Shown: positions 50,418 to 58,671 of the stretch, piece after piece | How positions within the stretch are numbered: position 1 is the first letter of the stretch | How the letters are laid out: the number at the start of each line of letters is the position of its first letter | Assembly: GCA_963789735.1 (NCBI GenBank) | Contig: CAWBLV010000006.1 | Coordinates: 99,527-163,526, forward strand | Reading direction: 5' to 3' | DNA: 64,000 nt | Origin: Candidatus Dormiibacterota bacterium | GTDB lineage: Bacteria; Chloroflexota; Dormibacteria; Aeolococcales; Aeolococcaceae | Translations under genes and position numbers: made by a program | Notes under the pieces: model-generated | Seen by the model: only the letters and a program-made list of their open reading frames with translations | Database searches by the model: none | Told to the model about the DNA's origin: nothing

Positions 50418-51123
50418 GTGCCGCGATCGACGTGGAAGCCCTGCCGCGACGCCATCCGGATCGCTCCGAGCCTGCTCGCCGCCGACTTCGGACATCTGAC
50501 GAAGGCCGCGCATGACCTCGAGGACAGTGGGGCCGAACGCATCCACGTCGACGTCATGGACGGCGTCTTCGTCCCCAATTTCACCTTCGGCACCGACACC
50601 GTCCGGGTGCTCCGGCGGGCCTCCACGCTGCCGCTCGAACTGCATCTGATGATCGTCAATCCCGATGCGCATCTCGGCACGTTCGCGAGCGCCGGCGCTG
50701 ACGCGATCACCGTGCACTACGAGGCGTGCCCAAACCTCCATCGGACGCTCACTTCAATTCGCGCACTCGACTGCCGCTCCGGGGCAGCGATCAATCCCAG
50801 CACGCCTGCTTCGATGCTTGACGACGTGCTCGAGTTCGTGCGACCTCGCGCTCGTGATGACCATCGATCCCGGTTTTGGCGGGCAGGCGCTGATACCGCG
50901 AACGTTGCGCAAGGTCGAGCACATCCGCGCCGAGGTGCAACGCCAGGGGCTGGACACCGAGGTGGAGGTCGACGGTGGCGTTGACGCAACAAACGCGAAG
51001 GCGTGCGTCGATGCGGGCGCCAATGTCCTGGTCGCCGGGACCGCGGTGTTCCGGCACACGGGCGGTCCGCACGGTGGTATCGCAGCGTTGCGCCATGCGC
51101 TGGGCGAGGACGGCGGCGAGTGA
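50418..51123 (+). pseudogene. rpe: Ribulose-phosphate 3-epimerase, split by a 1-nt frameshift near 50835
   Basis: The N-terminal frame reads IAPSLLAADFGHL...RIHVDVMDGVFVPN...AINPSTP...LDDVLE. The C-terminal frame reads DLALVMTIDPGFGGQ...EVDGGV. The junction is at GAGTTC 50832-50837. The GTG 50418 start is tentative. Confidence 0.8.
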
Positions 51124-53288
51124 CCGAGCTCGCAACACGCGCACTCGCCGACGGCAGCGCCGACATCGACCGCGCTGCCGCGGACCTCGCGGCTCGCCTG
51201 CCGTCGCCGCTCGAGCCACTGGCACGCCTCGCGTACAACTACGCATGGTCGTGGTGGCAGGGCGGAGACGACGTCTTCCGGATGATCGACCCGGTGCGCT
51301 GGGAGGCGAGCAATCACAACCCGATCCGGTTGCTCGACGAAACGTCGTCCGCGACCCTCGAGCGTGCCGCCGGCGATGCAACATTGCTCACGAGGTTGAC
51401 CGAGCTCGTCGGTTCGCTCGACCGTGAGATGGGCCGTCCGGCCATGGACAGCAAGGCGAATGCGCAACGCCCGGTGGCGTTTCTGTGCGCCGAGTTCGCG
51501 GTGCACCGATCCCTGCCGATATACGCGGGTGGCCTCGGCGTGCTCGCCGGTGACATCCTCAAGGAGGCGTCCGACATGGCGCTGCCGATGGTGGGTGTCG
51601 GCCTCCTCTACCGCCAGGGATACTTCCAGCAGCGCATGGATCGATCGGGATACCAGCTCGAGTACTGGCTGCAGGTCGATCCCGAGCGCGTTCCCGCCGC
51701 TCTTGTCTATAACGGCGACGTGCCGTTGACCGTGACCGTGCCGCTGCGCGGTCGCGACGTTGTGGTCCAGGTGTGGCGGCTCGACGTTGGGCGCACGCCG
51801 CTCTATCTCCTCGATGCGCAACGCCCGGAGAACTCGGCGATCGATCAGTGGATCACGAGCCGACTATATGTGGCGGACCGGCCGACGAGGCTCGCGCAGT
51901 ACGCGCTCCTCGGCATCGGCTCGATGCGCGTCCTCGATGCGATGGGGATGGATCCGTGTGTCGTCCATCTCAATGAAGGGCACGCGGCACTGGCACCGCT
52001 GGAGATCGCGCGGCGCGAGATGGCGCTCGGTCGCTCGCGGCACGAAGCGTTCACCGTCGCACGCGAGCGCACGGTCTTCACGACTCACACACCCGTCGCC
52101 GCGGGCAATGAGGGCTACGACGTCAGTGAGATCGTCGAGGTGCTCGGTGACTATCCCGAGCAGGCGGGCCTGGATCTCGAGGGATTCCTCCACCTCGGAC
52201 GCACCCGGCCGGACAACCCCCACGAGCAGTTCGTCATGACACCGCTCGGCATCAAGATGAGCCGCGCGCGCAACGGTGTGAGCCGCCGTCACGGTGAGGT
52301 TGCGCGCCAGATGTGGCAGTCTCTCTTCCCGGAGCGGCCGGCCGACACAGTACCGATCGGCCACGTCACCAACGGTGTGCACGTGCCAACGTGGATGGCG
52401 CCGCGGATGCGCGAATTGCTCGATCGCTACCTCGGCGCCGGATGGGAGGCCCGCGCCGCCGACGCCGACACCTGGCGCGGCGTTGACGACATCCCGGATG
52501 CGGAGTTGTGGGAAGTGCGCAACGCCCTGCGCGCGGAGTTCGTCCAGCACGTCCGGGTGCGCAGTGTGGCCAACCGCCTCGCGCGCGATGAACCCCGCTG
52601 GTATGTCGAGGCCGCGGAGCACGGTTTCGATGAGCACGCGCTGACTTTCGGCTTTGCGCGCCGGCTCGCCGGCTACAAGCGCATCCAGATACTGACGCTC
52701 GACACGCAGCGCGCCTCGAGCGTGTTCGACAACAAGGACCGTCCCGCGCAGATGGTGCTCGCAGGCAAGGCACATCCGCAGGACGAGGAGGGCAAGCATG
52801 CGGCCCAGGGAGTGTTCTCCTTCGAGCGTCAGCCCGGCGCGATGAGCCGGATCGCCTTCCTCGACAACTACAGCCTGTCAACGGCAGACCACATGGTCGC
52901 CGGGTGCGACGTGTGGATCAACGTCCCCAGACCGCCGCTCGAGGCGAGCGGCACAAGTGGGATGAAATCGGCGCTGAACGGCGGCCTCAACCTGTCGGTG
53001 CTCGACGGTTGGTGGGCGGAGGCATACAACGGCACCAACGGATGGGCCATCCCGGGCGACATCCTCTTCGACCATGCGATGCAGGATTCGCGCGACGCCG
53101 CAACGCTGTTCGACATCATCGAGCACGAGGTTGTGCCGCTCTTCTATCAGCGCGATGAGAACGGCATCCCGCGCGGCTGGGTCGAGCGGATGCGCGCCTC
53201 GCTGCGCACCAACGGGCCGCGTTTCTCAGCGGCGCGGATGATGCGCGACTACGCGGACGACGTATACAACCTCACGCCATCGCGCTGA
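51120..53288 (+). CDS. glgP: Alpha-glucan (glycogen/maltodextrin) phosphorylase
   Basis: AYFCAEF-type N-terminus (VAFLCAEFAVHRSLPIYAGGLGVLAGD) and the PLP-lysine motif EASGTSGMKSALNGG. 722 aa from GTG 51120 (GTGA overlap with the rpe stop). Confidence 0.85.
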   Translation: MTELATRALADGSADIDRAAADLAARLPSPLEPLARLAYNYAWSWWQGGDDVFRMIDPVRWEASNHNPIRLLDETSSATLERAAGDATLLTRLTELVGSLDREMGRPAMDSKANAQRPVAFLCAEFAVHRSLPIYAGGLGVLAGDILKEASDMALPMVGVGLLYRQGYFQQRMDRSGYQLEYWLQVDPERVPAALVYNGDVPLTVTVPLRGRDVVVQVWRLDVGRTPLYLLDAQRPENSAIDQWITSRLYVADRPTRLAQYALLGIGSMRVLDAMGMDPCVVHLNEGHAALAPLEIARREMALGRSRHEAFTVARERTVFTTHTPVAAGNEGYDVSEIVEVLGDYPEQAGLDLEGFLHLGRTRPDNPHEQFVMTPLGIKMSRARNGVSRRHGEVARQMWQSLFPERPADTVPIGHVTNGVHVPTWMAPRMRELLDRYLGAGWEARAADADTWRGVDDIPDAELWEVRNALRAEFVQHVRVRSVANRLARDEPRWYVEAAEHGFDEHALTFGFARRLAGYKRIQILTLDTQRASSVFDNKDRPAQMVLAGKAHPQDEEGKHAAQGVFSFERQPGAMSRIAFLDNYSLSTADHMVAGCDVWINVPRPPLEASGTSGMKSALNGGLNLSVLDGWWAEAYNGTNGWAIPGDILFDHAMQDSRDAATLFDIIEHEVVPLFYQRDENGIPRGWVERMRASLRTNGPRFSAARMMRDYADDVYNLTPSR

Positions 53289-53300
53289 GGGCACGCGCTC

Positions 53301-54653
53301 TCAGGTCGGAACAGGTGTCGGGCGTGGCGTGTGGTGCGGCGGGGTTGGACTCGTAGACGGCGTCGCCGTGGGGGTTGCTGTGGGCGACGGCGCAAACGTG
53401 ACCGGCATCGTGTTCGGCGCCGCTGTCGGCGTGGCGCCAGCCGTTGGCGACGGCGTTGGCGAGGCCGGCGCGTCACCCGCGGTGTCGATGGCGGTCGGCA
53501 CAACCGCGTTCGTGGCGGCGCCTCCGGTCGATGCTGTGATCACTGGCAGAGGCGGCACCGTCGGCGACGGCTGCACGCCCGGGCCTCCGAGCGCATCCAC
53601 CGCGAACACGATCATCACGACGAGCGCGGCCACCGCGGCGGCGGCGACCGTCCACACCTTCCACCCCACCCCGCCGGGGCGCGGCGCATCGGACGCCGTG
53701 TCGAAGGCAACGCCACGAAGCGGCGCGTCGTCGTCGTCGTCGAGCATCTCGACAGGAGCTGCGGAGGGAACCGGATCGGCGAGACGCTCCGCCACGACGA
53801 CCGCGAGCCAGGCGCGTCCCTGATCCCGCCAGCCAGACCCCAGAAAGGCGGTGCCGGCGACCTCGACATCGCGACGGAACGCGCCGGCGCTGGCAGGACG
53901 ATCGCGCGGGTCCTTGGCCAGTCCGCGGATCACCAGCTCGCGCGCAAGCAGCGGCACCGCCTCGCTGGGCAGTGCCCCGTGGGTGTGCTGCACGCCGAGA
54001 CCGCTGAGGTCGGTACCCAGGTATGGCGGTCGCCCGGTGACCGCATCGACCAGGACACCGGTGGCCGCGTATATGTCGGTCGACACCGTGTGCGGGCGCC
54101 CGGCCCACAACTCGGGTGCCATGTATTGCGGCGTGCCGGCCCGCCAGCCTCTGCGGAGTGGCGGAGCGGGGACGCCGGCGTCGCGGAGGATCGCGGTACC
54201 GCCCGAATCGAGCAGCACAGCCTGAGGGGTCACGTCGCGATGTATGACTCCCGCCGCATGCAGCGCCTCGAGTGCGGCAAGCGTGTCGTCGAAGACCACG
54301 AGCGCTGCCGTTGCCGCGAGCGCTCTGGACACATCGACGACGTGTCCGAGCGTGACCGCATCCACCCACTCGTAGACGATCGCGGCGTTCCTGTCATCGA
54401 AGGCGATGACTGCGAGGAGATGCTGGTGGCGGAGCGCACCGAGCACTCCGATGTCATGGCGGAGCTGTCGGCGATATGCGGCGTCGGTGGACAGCGCCGG
54501 GCTCAGCAGCCGGATGACCACCTGCGCGCCGGTGGCCGTGTCGTGGGCGTCGACGAGCGCACCGGCTCGGTCGATACTGATCCCCCGATCCAGCGTGTAG
54601 CCAGGGACGTGTGTCCGCGACCCGGCAATCTCGTGGCTGCCAGCCTGGTCCAT
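53301..54653 (-). CDS. Membrane-anchored Ser/Thr protein kinase-like protein, predicted pseudokinase
   Basis: The kinase fold is recognisable (HRDVTPQAVLL, GTPQYMAPE), but VAIK reads VVIR, DFG reads DAG and the Gly-rich loop is degenerate. A TM helix (VWTVAAAAVAALVVMIVFAV) and a Pro/Thr-rich tail follow. Confidence 0.75.
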   Translation of the reverse strand: MDQAGSHEIAGSRTHVPGYTLDRGISIDRAGALVDAHDTATGAQVVIRLLSPALSTDAAYRRQLRHDIGVLGALRHQHLLAVIAFDDRNAAIVYEWVDAVTLGHVVDVSRALAATAALVVFDDTLAALEALHAAGVIHRDVTPQAVLLDSGGTAILRDAGVPAPPLRRGWRAGTPQYMAPELWAGRPHTVSTDIYAATGVLVDAVTGRPPYLGTDLSGLGVQHTHGALPSEAVPLLARELVIRGLAKDPRDRPASAGAFRRDVEVAGTAFLGSGWRDQGRAWLAVVVAERLADPVPSAAPVEMLDDDDDAPLRGVAFDTASDAPRPGGVGWKVWTVAAAAVAALVVMIVFAVDALGGPGVQPSPTVPPLPVITASTGGAATNAVVPTAIDTAGDAPASPTPSPTAGATPTAAPNTMPVTFAPSPTATPTATPSTSPTPPHHTPRPTPVPT

Positions 54654-54740
54654 GCAGTGCCAGTATGCCGTCACAAAAGCGCGGTGGAGTGGAATCCGCG
54701 CACGGGGGGGAGCACCACAGGGCCGTAGAATGGCCGGGCA

Positions 54741-56111
54741 GTGGAGTACGTCGAGAGCATCCTCGACCTGGTCGGCAACACCCCGTTGGTCCGGCTGAGC
54801 AAGGTCACCGAGGGGCTCCGTCCTCTCATCCTGGCCAAGCTCGAACAGCTCAACCCGGGCGGGAGCGTGAAAGACCGGATCGGCCTGTCCATGCTCGAGG
54901 ACGCCGAACGGCGCGGCCTGCTGCGCCCGGGTGGCACGGTGATCGAGCCGACGTCCGGCAACACGGGCCACGGGCTCGCCATGGCCGCGGCGATCAAGGG
55001 CTACAAGATGATTTTCGTGATGCCCGACAAGATGTCGGCGGAGAAGATCAGCCTCCTTCGGGCCTACGGCGCAGAGGTTGTGATCTGCCCCACCAACGTG
55101 GAGCGTGAATCACCCCAGTCGTACTACTCCGTTGCCGAGCGGCTCACCCGCGAAATCCCTGGCGCGTTCCAGCCGAACCAGTACTTCAATCCGCGCAACC
55201 CCGAGGCGCACTACCGCACCACCGGGCCGGAGATCTGGCGGCAGACGGACGGCCGCATCACCACGTTCGTCGCGGGCGTGGGCACCGGGGGCACCATCAG
55301 TGGGGTCGGCAAGTACCTCAAGGAGCAGAACCCGGCCGTTCGGGTGGTCGGCGCCGATCCCGAGGGATCGATCTTCAGCGGCGAGATCGCGCCGTACAAG
55401 GTCGAAGGCGTCGGTGAGGACTTCTGGCCCGGCACCTTCGACCGCGAGATCGTCGACGAGTTCATCCAGGTCACCGACCGCGAGTGCTTCGTGGCGGCGC
55501 GAAAGCTCGCGCGCCAGGAGGGCATCCTGGTCGGCGGCTCGGCCGGGCTCGCTCTCCATGCAGCGATTCAGGTCGCGGTCGATTCCAAGCCGGACGACGT
55601 CATCGTGGTTCTCCTCCCGGACACCGGCCGCAACTACCTGAGCAAGTTCTTCTCCGACGAGTGGATGCGCCAGAACGGATACCTCCAGCGGCTGGTCCCG
55701 GCACGCGTCCGCGAGGTCATCGATTCCCACAGCGACGGCGTGCCCGAGCTGGTCAGCGTCGGCGCGGGCAAGTCGGTGGGCGAGGCAATCGACCTCATGC
55801 AGCAGTACGGGATCTCACAGCTCCTTGTCACCGAGAACGGCAGCAGCGCGGGCGGCGGGGTGGTGGGCAGCATCCAGGAGAGGACGCTGCTCGACCGCAT
55901 CTACCGCGACCCTTCGGTGGTCACCACCTCCGTGTCCACAGCGATGGACCCGCCCTTTGCACGCGTGGCCGCCGGAGCCCCGATCGAGGAGGCGTTCGAG
56001 GCGCTCCTCGGCGGCGAGCCGGCACTGATGATCGTCGAAGGTGAGTTGCCGGTCGGCGTCATCACCCGCAGCGACCTGCTGGAGTTCGTCGCCCGCCGCG
56101 GACGTAGCTGA
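54741..56111 (+). CDS. cbs: Cystathionine beta-synthase (PLP domain plus C-terminal CBS pair)
   Basis: NPGGSVKDR (PLP lysine), EPTSGNTG and GTGGT motifs, then two CBS repeats. GTG start, 456 aa. Confidence 0.9.
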   Translation: MEYVESILDLVGNTPLVRLSKVTEGLRPLILAKLEQLNPGGSVKDRIGLSMLEDAERRGLLRPGGTVIEPTSGNTGHGLAMAAAIKGYKMIFVMPDKMSAEKISLLRAYGAEVVICPTNVERESPQSYYSVAERLTREIPGAFQPNQYFNPRNPEAHYRTTGPEIWRQTDGRITTFVAGVGTGGTISGVGKYLKEQNPAVRVVGADPEGSIFSGEIAPYKVEGVGEDFWPGTFDREIVDEFIQVTDRECFVAARKLARQEGILVGGSAGLALHAAIQVAVDSKPDDVIVVLLPDTGRNYLSKFFSDEWMRQNGYLQRLVPARVREVIDSHSDGVPELVSVGAGKSVGEAIDLMQQYGISQLLVTENGSSAGGGVVGSIQERTLLDRIYRDPSVVTTSVSTAMDPPFARVAAGAPIEEAFEALLGGEPALMIVEGELPVGVITRSDLLEFVARRGRS

Positions 56112-56116
56112 CCGCC

Positions 56117-57268
56117 ATGGACCACAAGAAGCAGGGCCTCGCGACGCGCGCGGTCCACGTGGGGCAGGGTCCCGATCCGGCCACCGGGGCCGTCGTGGCC
56201 CCGATCCATCTGTCGACGACGTTCGTGCACGAGTCGCCGGGCGTTCACCAGGGATACGAGTACTCGCGTTCCGGCAACCCAACTCGCTCCAACCTCGAGG
56301 CGTGTCTCGCGTCGCTGGAGGGAGCGCAGCACGGTCTCGCGTTCGCGTCCGGGCTCGCAGCCACCACCGCCGTCATGCTCCTGCTCGATCCCGGCGACCA
56401 CGTGGTCTTCACCGAGGACGTGTACGGCGGTACCTTCCGCCTGTTCGACCAGGTGTTCCGGCGCTACGGGCTCACCTTCACCACGGTTGACCCGAGCGAT
56501 CTCGACGCCATCGCCGCGGCGTTGACAGATCGCACGAAGCTGGTCTGGCTCGAGTTCCCGACGAACCCGTTGCTTCGGATCGTCGACATCGACGCGGTGA
56601 GCGAACTCACGCACGGAGCGCACGCGCTGTTCGCAGTGGACAGCACCTTCGCGAGCCCAGTGCTGCAACGCCCGCTCGACCTCGGGGCCGACCTCGTCGT
56701 CCACAGCTCGACGAAATACCTTGGCGGGCACAGCGATGTGCTCGGCGGCGCGGTCCTCACGTCGGATGCCGCGCTCGAGGAACGGCTGCGCTTCCATCAG
56801 AACGCCGTCGGCGCCGTACCGTCGCCATTCGATTGCTGGCTGCTGCTCCGGGGCCTCAAGACGCTCGAGTTGCGTGTGCACCGCCAGTGCGACAACGCGC
56901 TTGCAATCGCGCGCTGGCTCGAAGGGCAGGACGCCGTGACGCGTGTCCATTACCCCGGACTCGAGAGCAACCCCGGCCACGCGCTCGCGCGCCGCCAGAT
57001 GGGCGGCTACTACGGCGGCGTCGTTTCCTTTGAAGTCTCGTCCGCCGACGCCGCGCGCTCGTTTCTCGAACGGCTGCGAGTGTTCACGCTCGCCGAGTCA
57101 CTCGGCGCAGTGGAATCCCTGGCCGAGAGCCCGGCGATCATGACGCACGCGTCAATCCCGGAGGATATGCGCAGGCGGGTGGGCGTCAGCGACGGGCTGG
57201 TGCGCCTGTCCGTCGGTATTGAGGACGTCGATGACTTGACGGCCGACCTGGAGCAGGCGCTGGCGTAG
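56117..57268 (+). CDS. metB: Cystathionine gamma-lyase/gamma-synthase family PLP enzyme
   Basis: YSRSGNPT and the PLP-lysine motif HSSTKYLGGHSD are present. 383 aa, 5 nt after the cbs stop. Confidence 0.9.
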   Translation: MDHKKQGLATRAVHVGQGPDPATGAVVAPIHLSTTFVHESPGVHQGYEYSRSGNPTRSNLEACLASLEGAQHGLAFASGLAATTAVMLLLDPGDHVVFTEDVYGGTFRLFDQVFRRYGLTFTTVDPSDLDAIAAALTDRTKLVWLEFPTNPLLRIVDIDAVSELTHGAHALFAVDSTFASPVLQRPLDLGADLVVHSSTKYLGGHSDVLGGAVLTSDAALEERLRFHQNAVGAVPSPFDCWLLLRGLKTLELRVHRQCDNALAIARWLEGQDAVTRVHYPGLESNPGHALARRQMGGYYGGVVSFEVSSADAARSFLERLRVFTLAESLGAVESLAESPAIMTHASIPEDMRRRVGVSDGLVRLSVGIEDVDDLTADLEQALA

Positions 57269-58442
57269 CCGTCTCGCGCGGTGGTGCACCGAGCTTCCAC
57301 TCACCGGTGGTGAGCAGGAGCGTGCCGTCGATCTCAGGCAGTGCCGGCGCACCGAGGCGGCGCAGCTTGCGCCACTGTTCGCCGTCCTCTTCGCTGAGGA
57401 ACGTGATCGCCTTGCCCTCGTTGCCGTTTCGCGCGGTGCGACCCACGCGGTGGGTGAGCCACTGCGGCGTCTCCGGCAGCTCGAAGTTGATGACCAGTCC
57501 GACGTTCACGACGTCGATGCCTCGTGCCGCGACGTTGGTTGCCACCAGCACTTCCGTGCGATTCGCTCGGAAGGAATCGAGCGCGCGGTCGCGTGCATTC
57601 TGCGAAAGGTTGCCTTGCAACTCGCCCGCCGTGTGACCCATCCGAAGCAGGTCGCGCACGAGCTTCTTGGCACCGTGCTTGGTGCGATGAAACACGATCG
57701 TCTGGTTCAGCTCAGCCGCACTCTGGCGTCGGAGGAGGCGTGAGAGCGCGTCGATCTTCTGCGATTTGATGACGTTCATCACGCCGTGTTCGAGCGCGGG
57801 AACCTGCTCGTTGACGACCCGCACGCGGGCCGGCTCGTACAGATGCTTCGTGATCATCCGCTGCACCCAGTCGGGCATCGTCGCCGAGGCGAGGACGGTC
57901 TGACGGCGGGCGCTGCTGTTCGATGTGGGGCACATCGAGATGATCTTCTCGACGTCTTTTGCGAAGCCCTGGTCGAGCATTTCGTCGGCTTCGTCGAGCA
58001 CGAGGTACTCGATGTCACGCAGTCGCGCGAGACCATTGCTGGCGAGGTCGAGAAGCCGTCCGGGACATCCAACGATCACGTCGGGCGCATTGCGAAGTCC
58101 GCCGGTTTGCGGGCCGTATCCGACGCCACCGATGCAGATCACGGTGCGCAGCGCGGGGTCGACCTTGCGGATCACCGCGTTGACCTGAGTGGCCAGCTCG
58201 CGGGTCGGGGTCACGATCAGCGCTCTCGCGCCGTGACCCTGATGTCCGGCCAGCCGCTCGACCAGCGGAACGACGTACGCGAGAGTCTTTCCAGACCCGG
58301 TCGGCGCCTCGATCACGCAGTCCCGGCGTGCCAGCAGCGGCGGAATCGCCTCCTGCTGGACGGTGTTCGGCTCTGTGAAACCGCTCTGACCGAGAGCGGC
58401 GGACGTGCGTGGACGCACGCCGATGGATTCAAACGTTGTCAC
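57186..58442 (-). CDS. DEAD-box ATP-dependent RNA helicase
   Basis: Q-motif region GFTEPNTVQ, then APTGSGKT, DEAD, SAT and HRVGRTAR motifs. The 3' end overlaps the convergent metB by 83 nt. Confidence 0.9.
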   Translation of the reverse strand: MTTFESIGVRPRTSAALGQSGFTEPNTVQQEAIPPLLARRDCVIEAPTGSGKTLAYVVPLVERLAGHQGHGARALIVTPTRELATQVNAVIRKVDPALRTVICIGGVGYGPQTGGLRNAPDVIVGCPGRLLDLASNGLARLRDIEYLVLDEADEMLDQGFAKDVEKIISMCPTSNSSARRQTVLASATMPDWVQRMITKHLYEPARVRVVNEQVPALEHGVMNVIKSQKIDALSRLLRRQSAAELNQTIVFHRTKHGAKKLVRDLLRMGHTAGELQGNLSQNARDRALDSFRANRTEVLVATNVAARGIDVVNVGLVINFELPETPQWLTHRVGRTARNGNEGKAITFLSEEDGEQWRKLRRLGAPALPEIDGTLLLTTGEWKLGAPPRETATPAPAPGRPSSHRRPQYRRTGAPARR

Positions 58443-58671
58443 CGTGTTACCTCGGGACCCGGATCATTCCCGTTGTCCCAGAATCCCCTCGCTGGAGTGT
58501 CGTGTGCCGGATTCTTGAGACCCGTCAGCTGACTGACGGAGAGAGGGTTCACCAAGAGGCATGGCTCGCCGATGCGCGAGCACTTGCCTCGACAGTACCA
58601 CAGGTTGGTGCAAAGCCCGCGTGACGGGAGTCAGGCGGTTTGGAACGCTCTGGTGTATATCCTCGCCTTGA

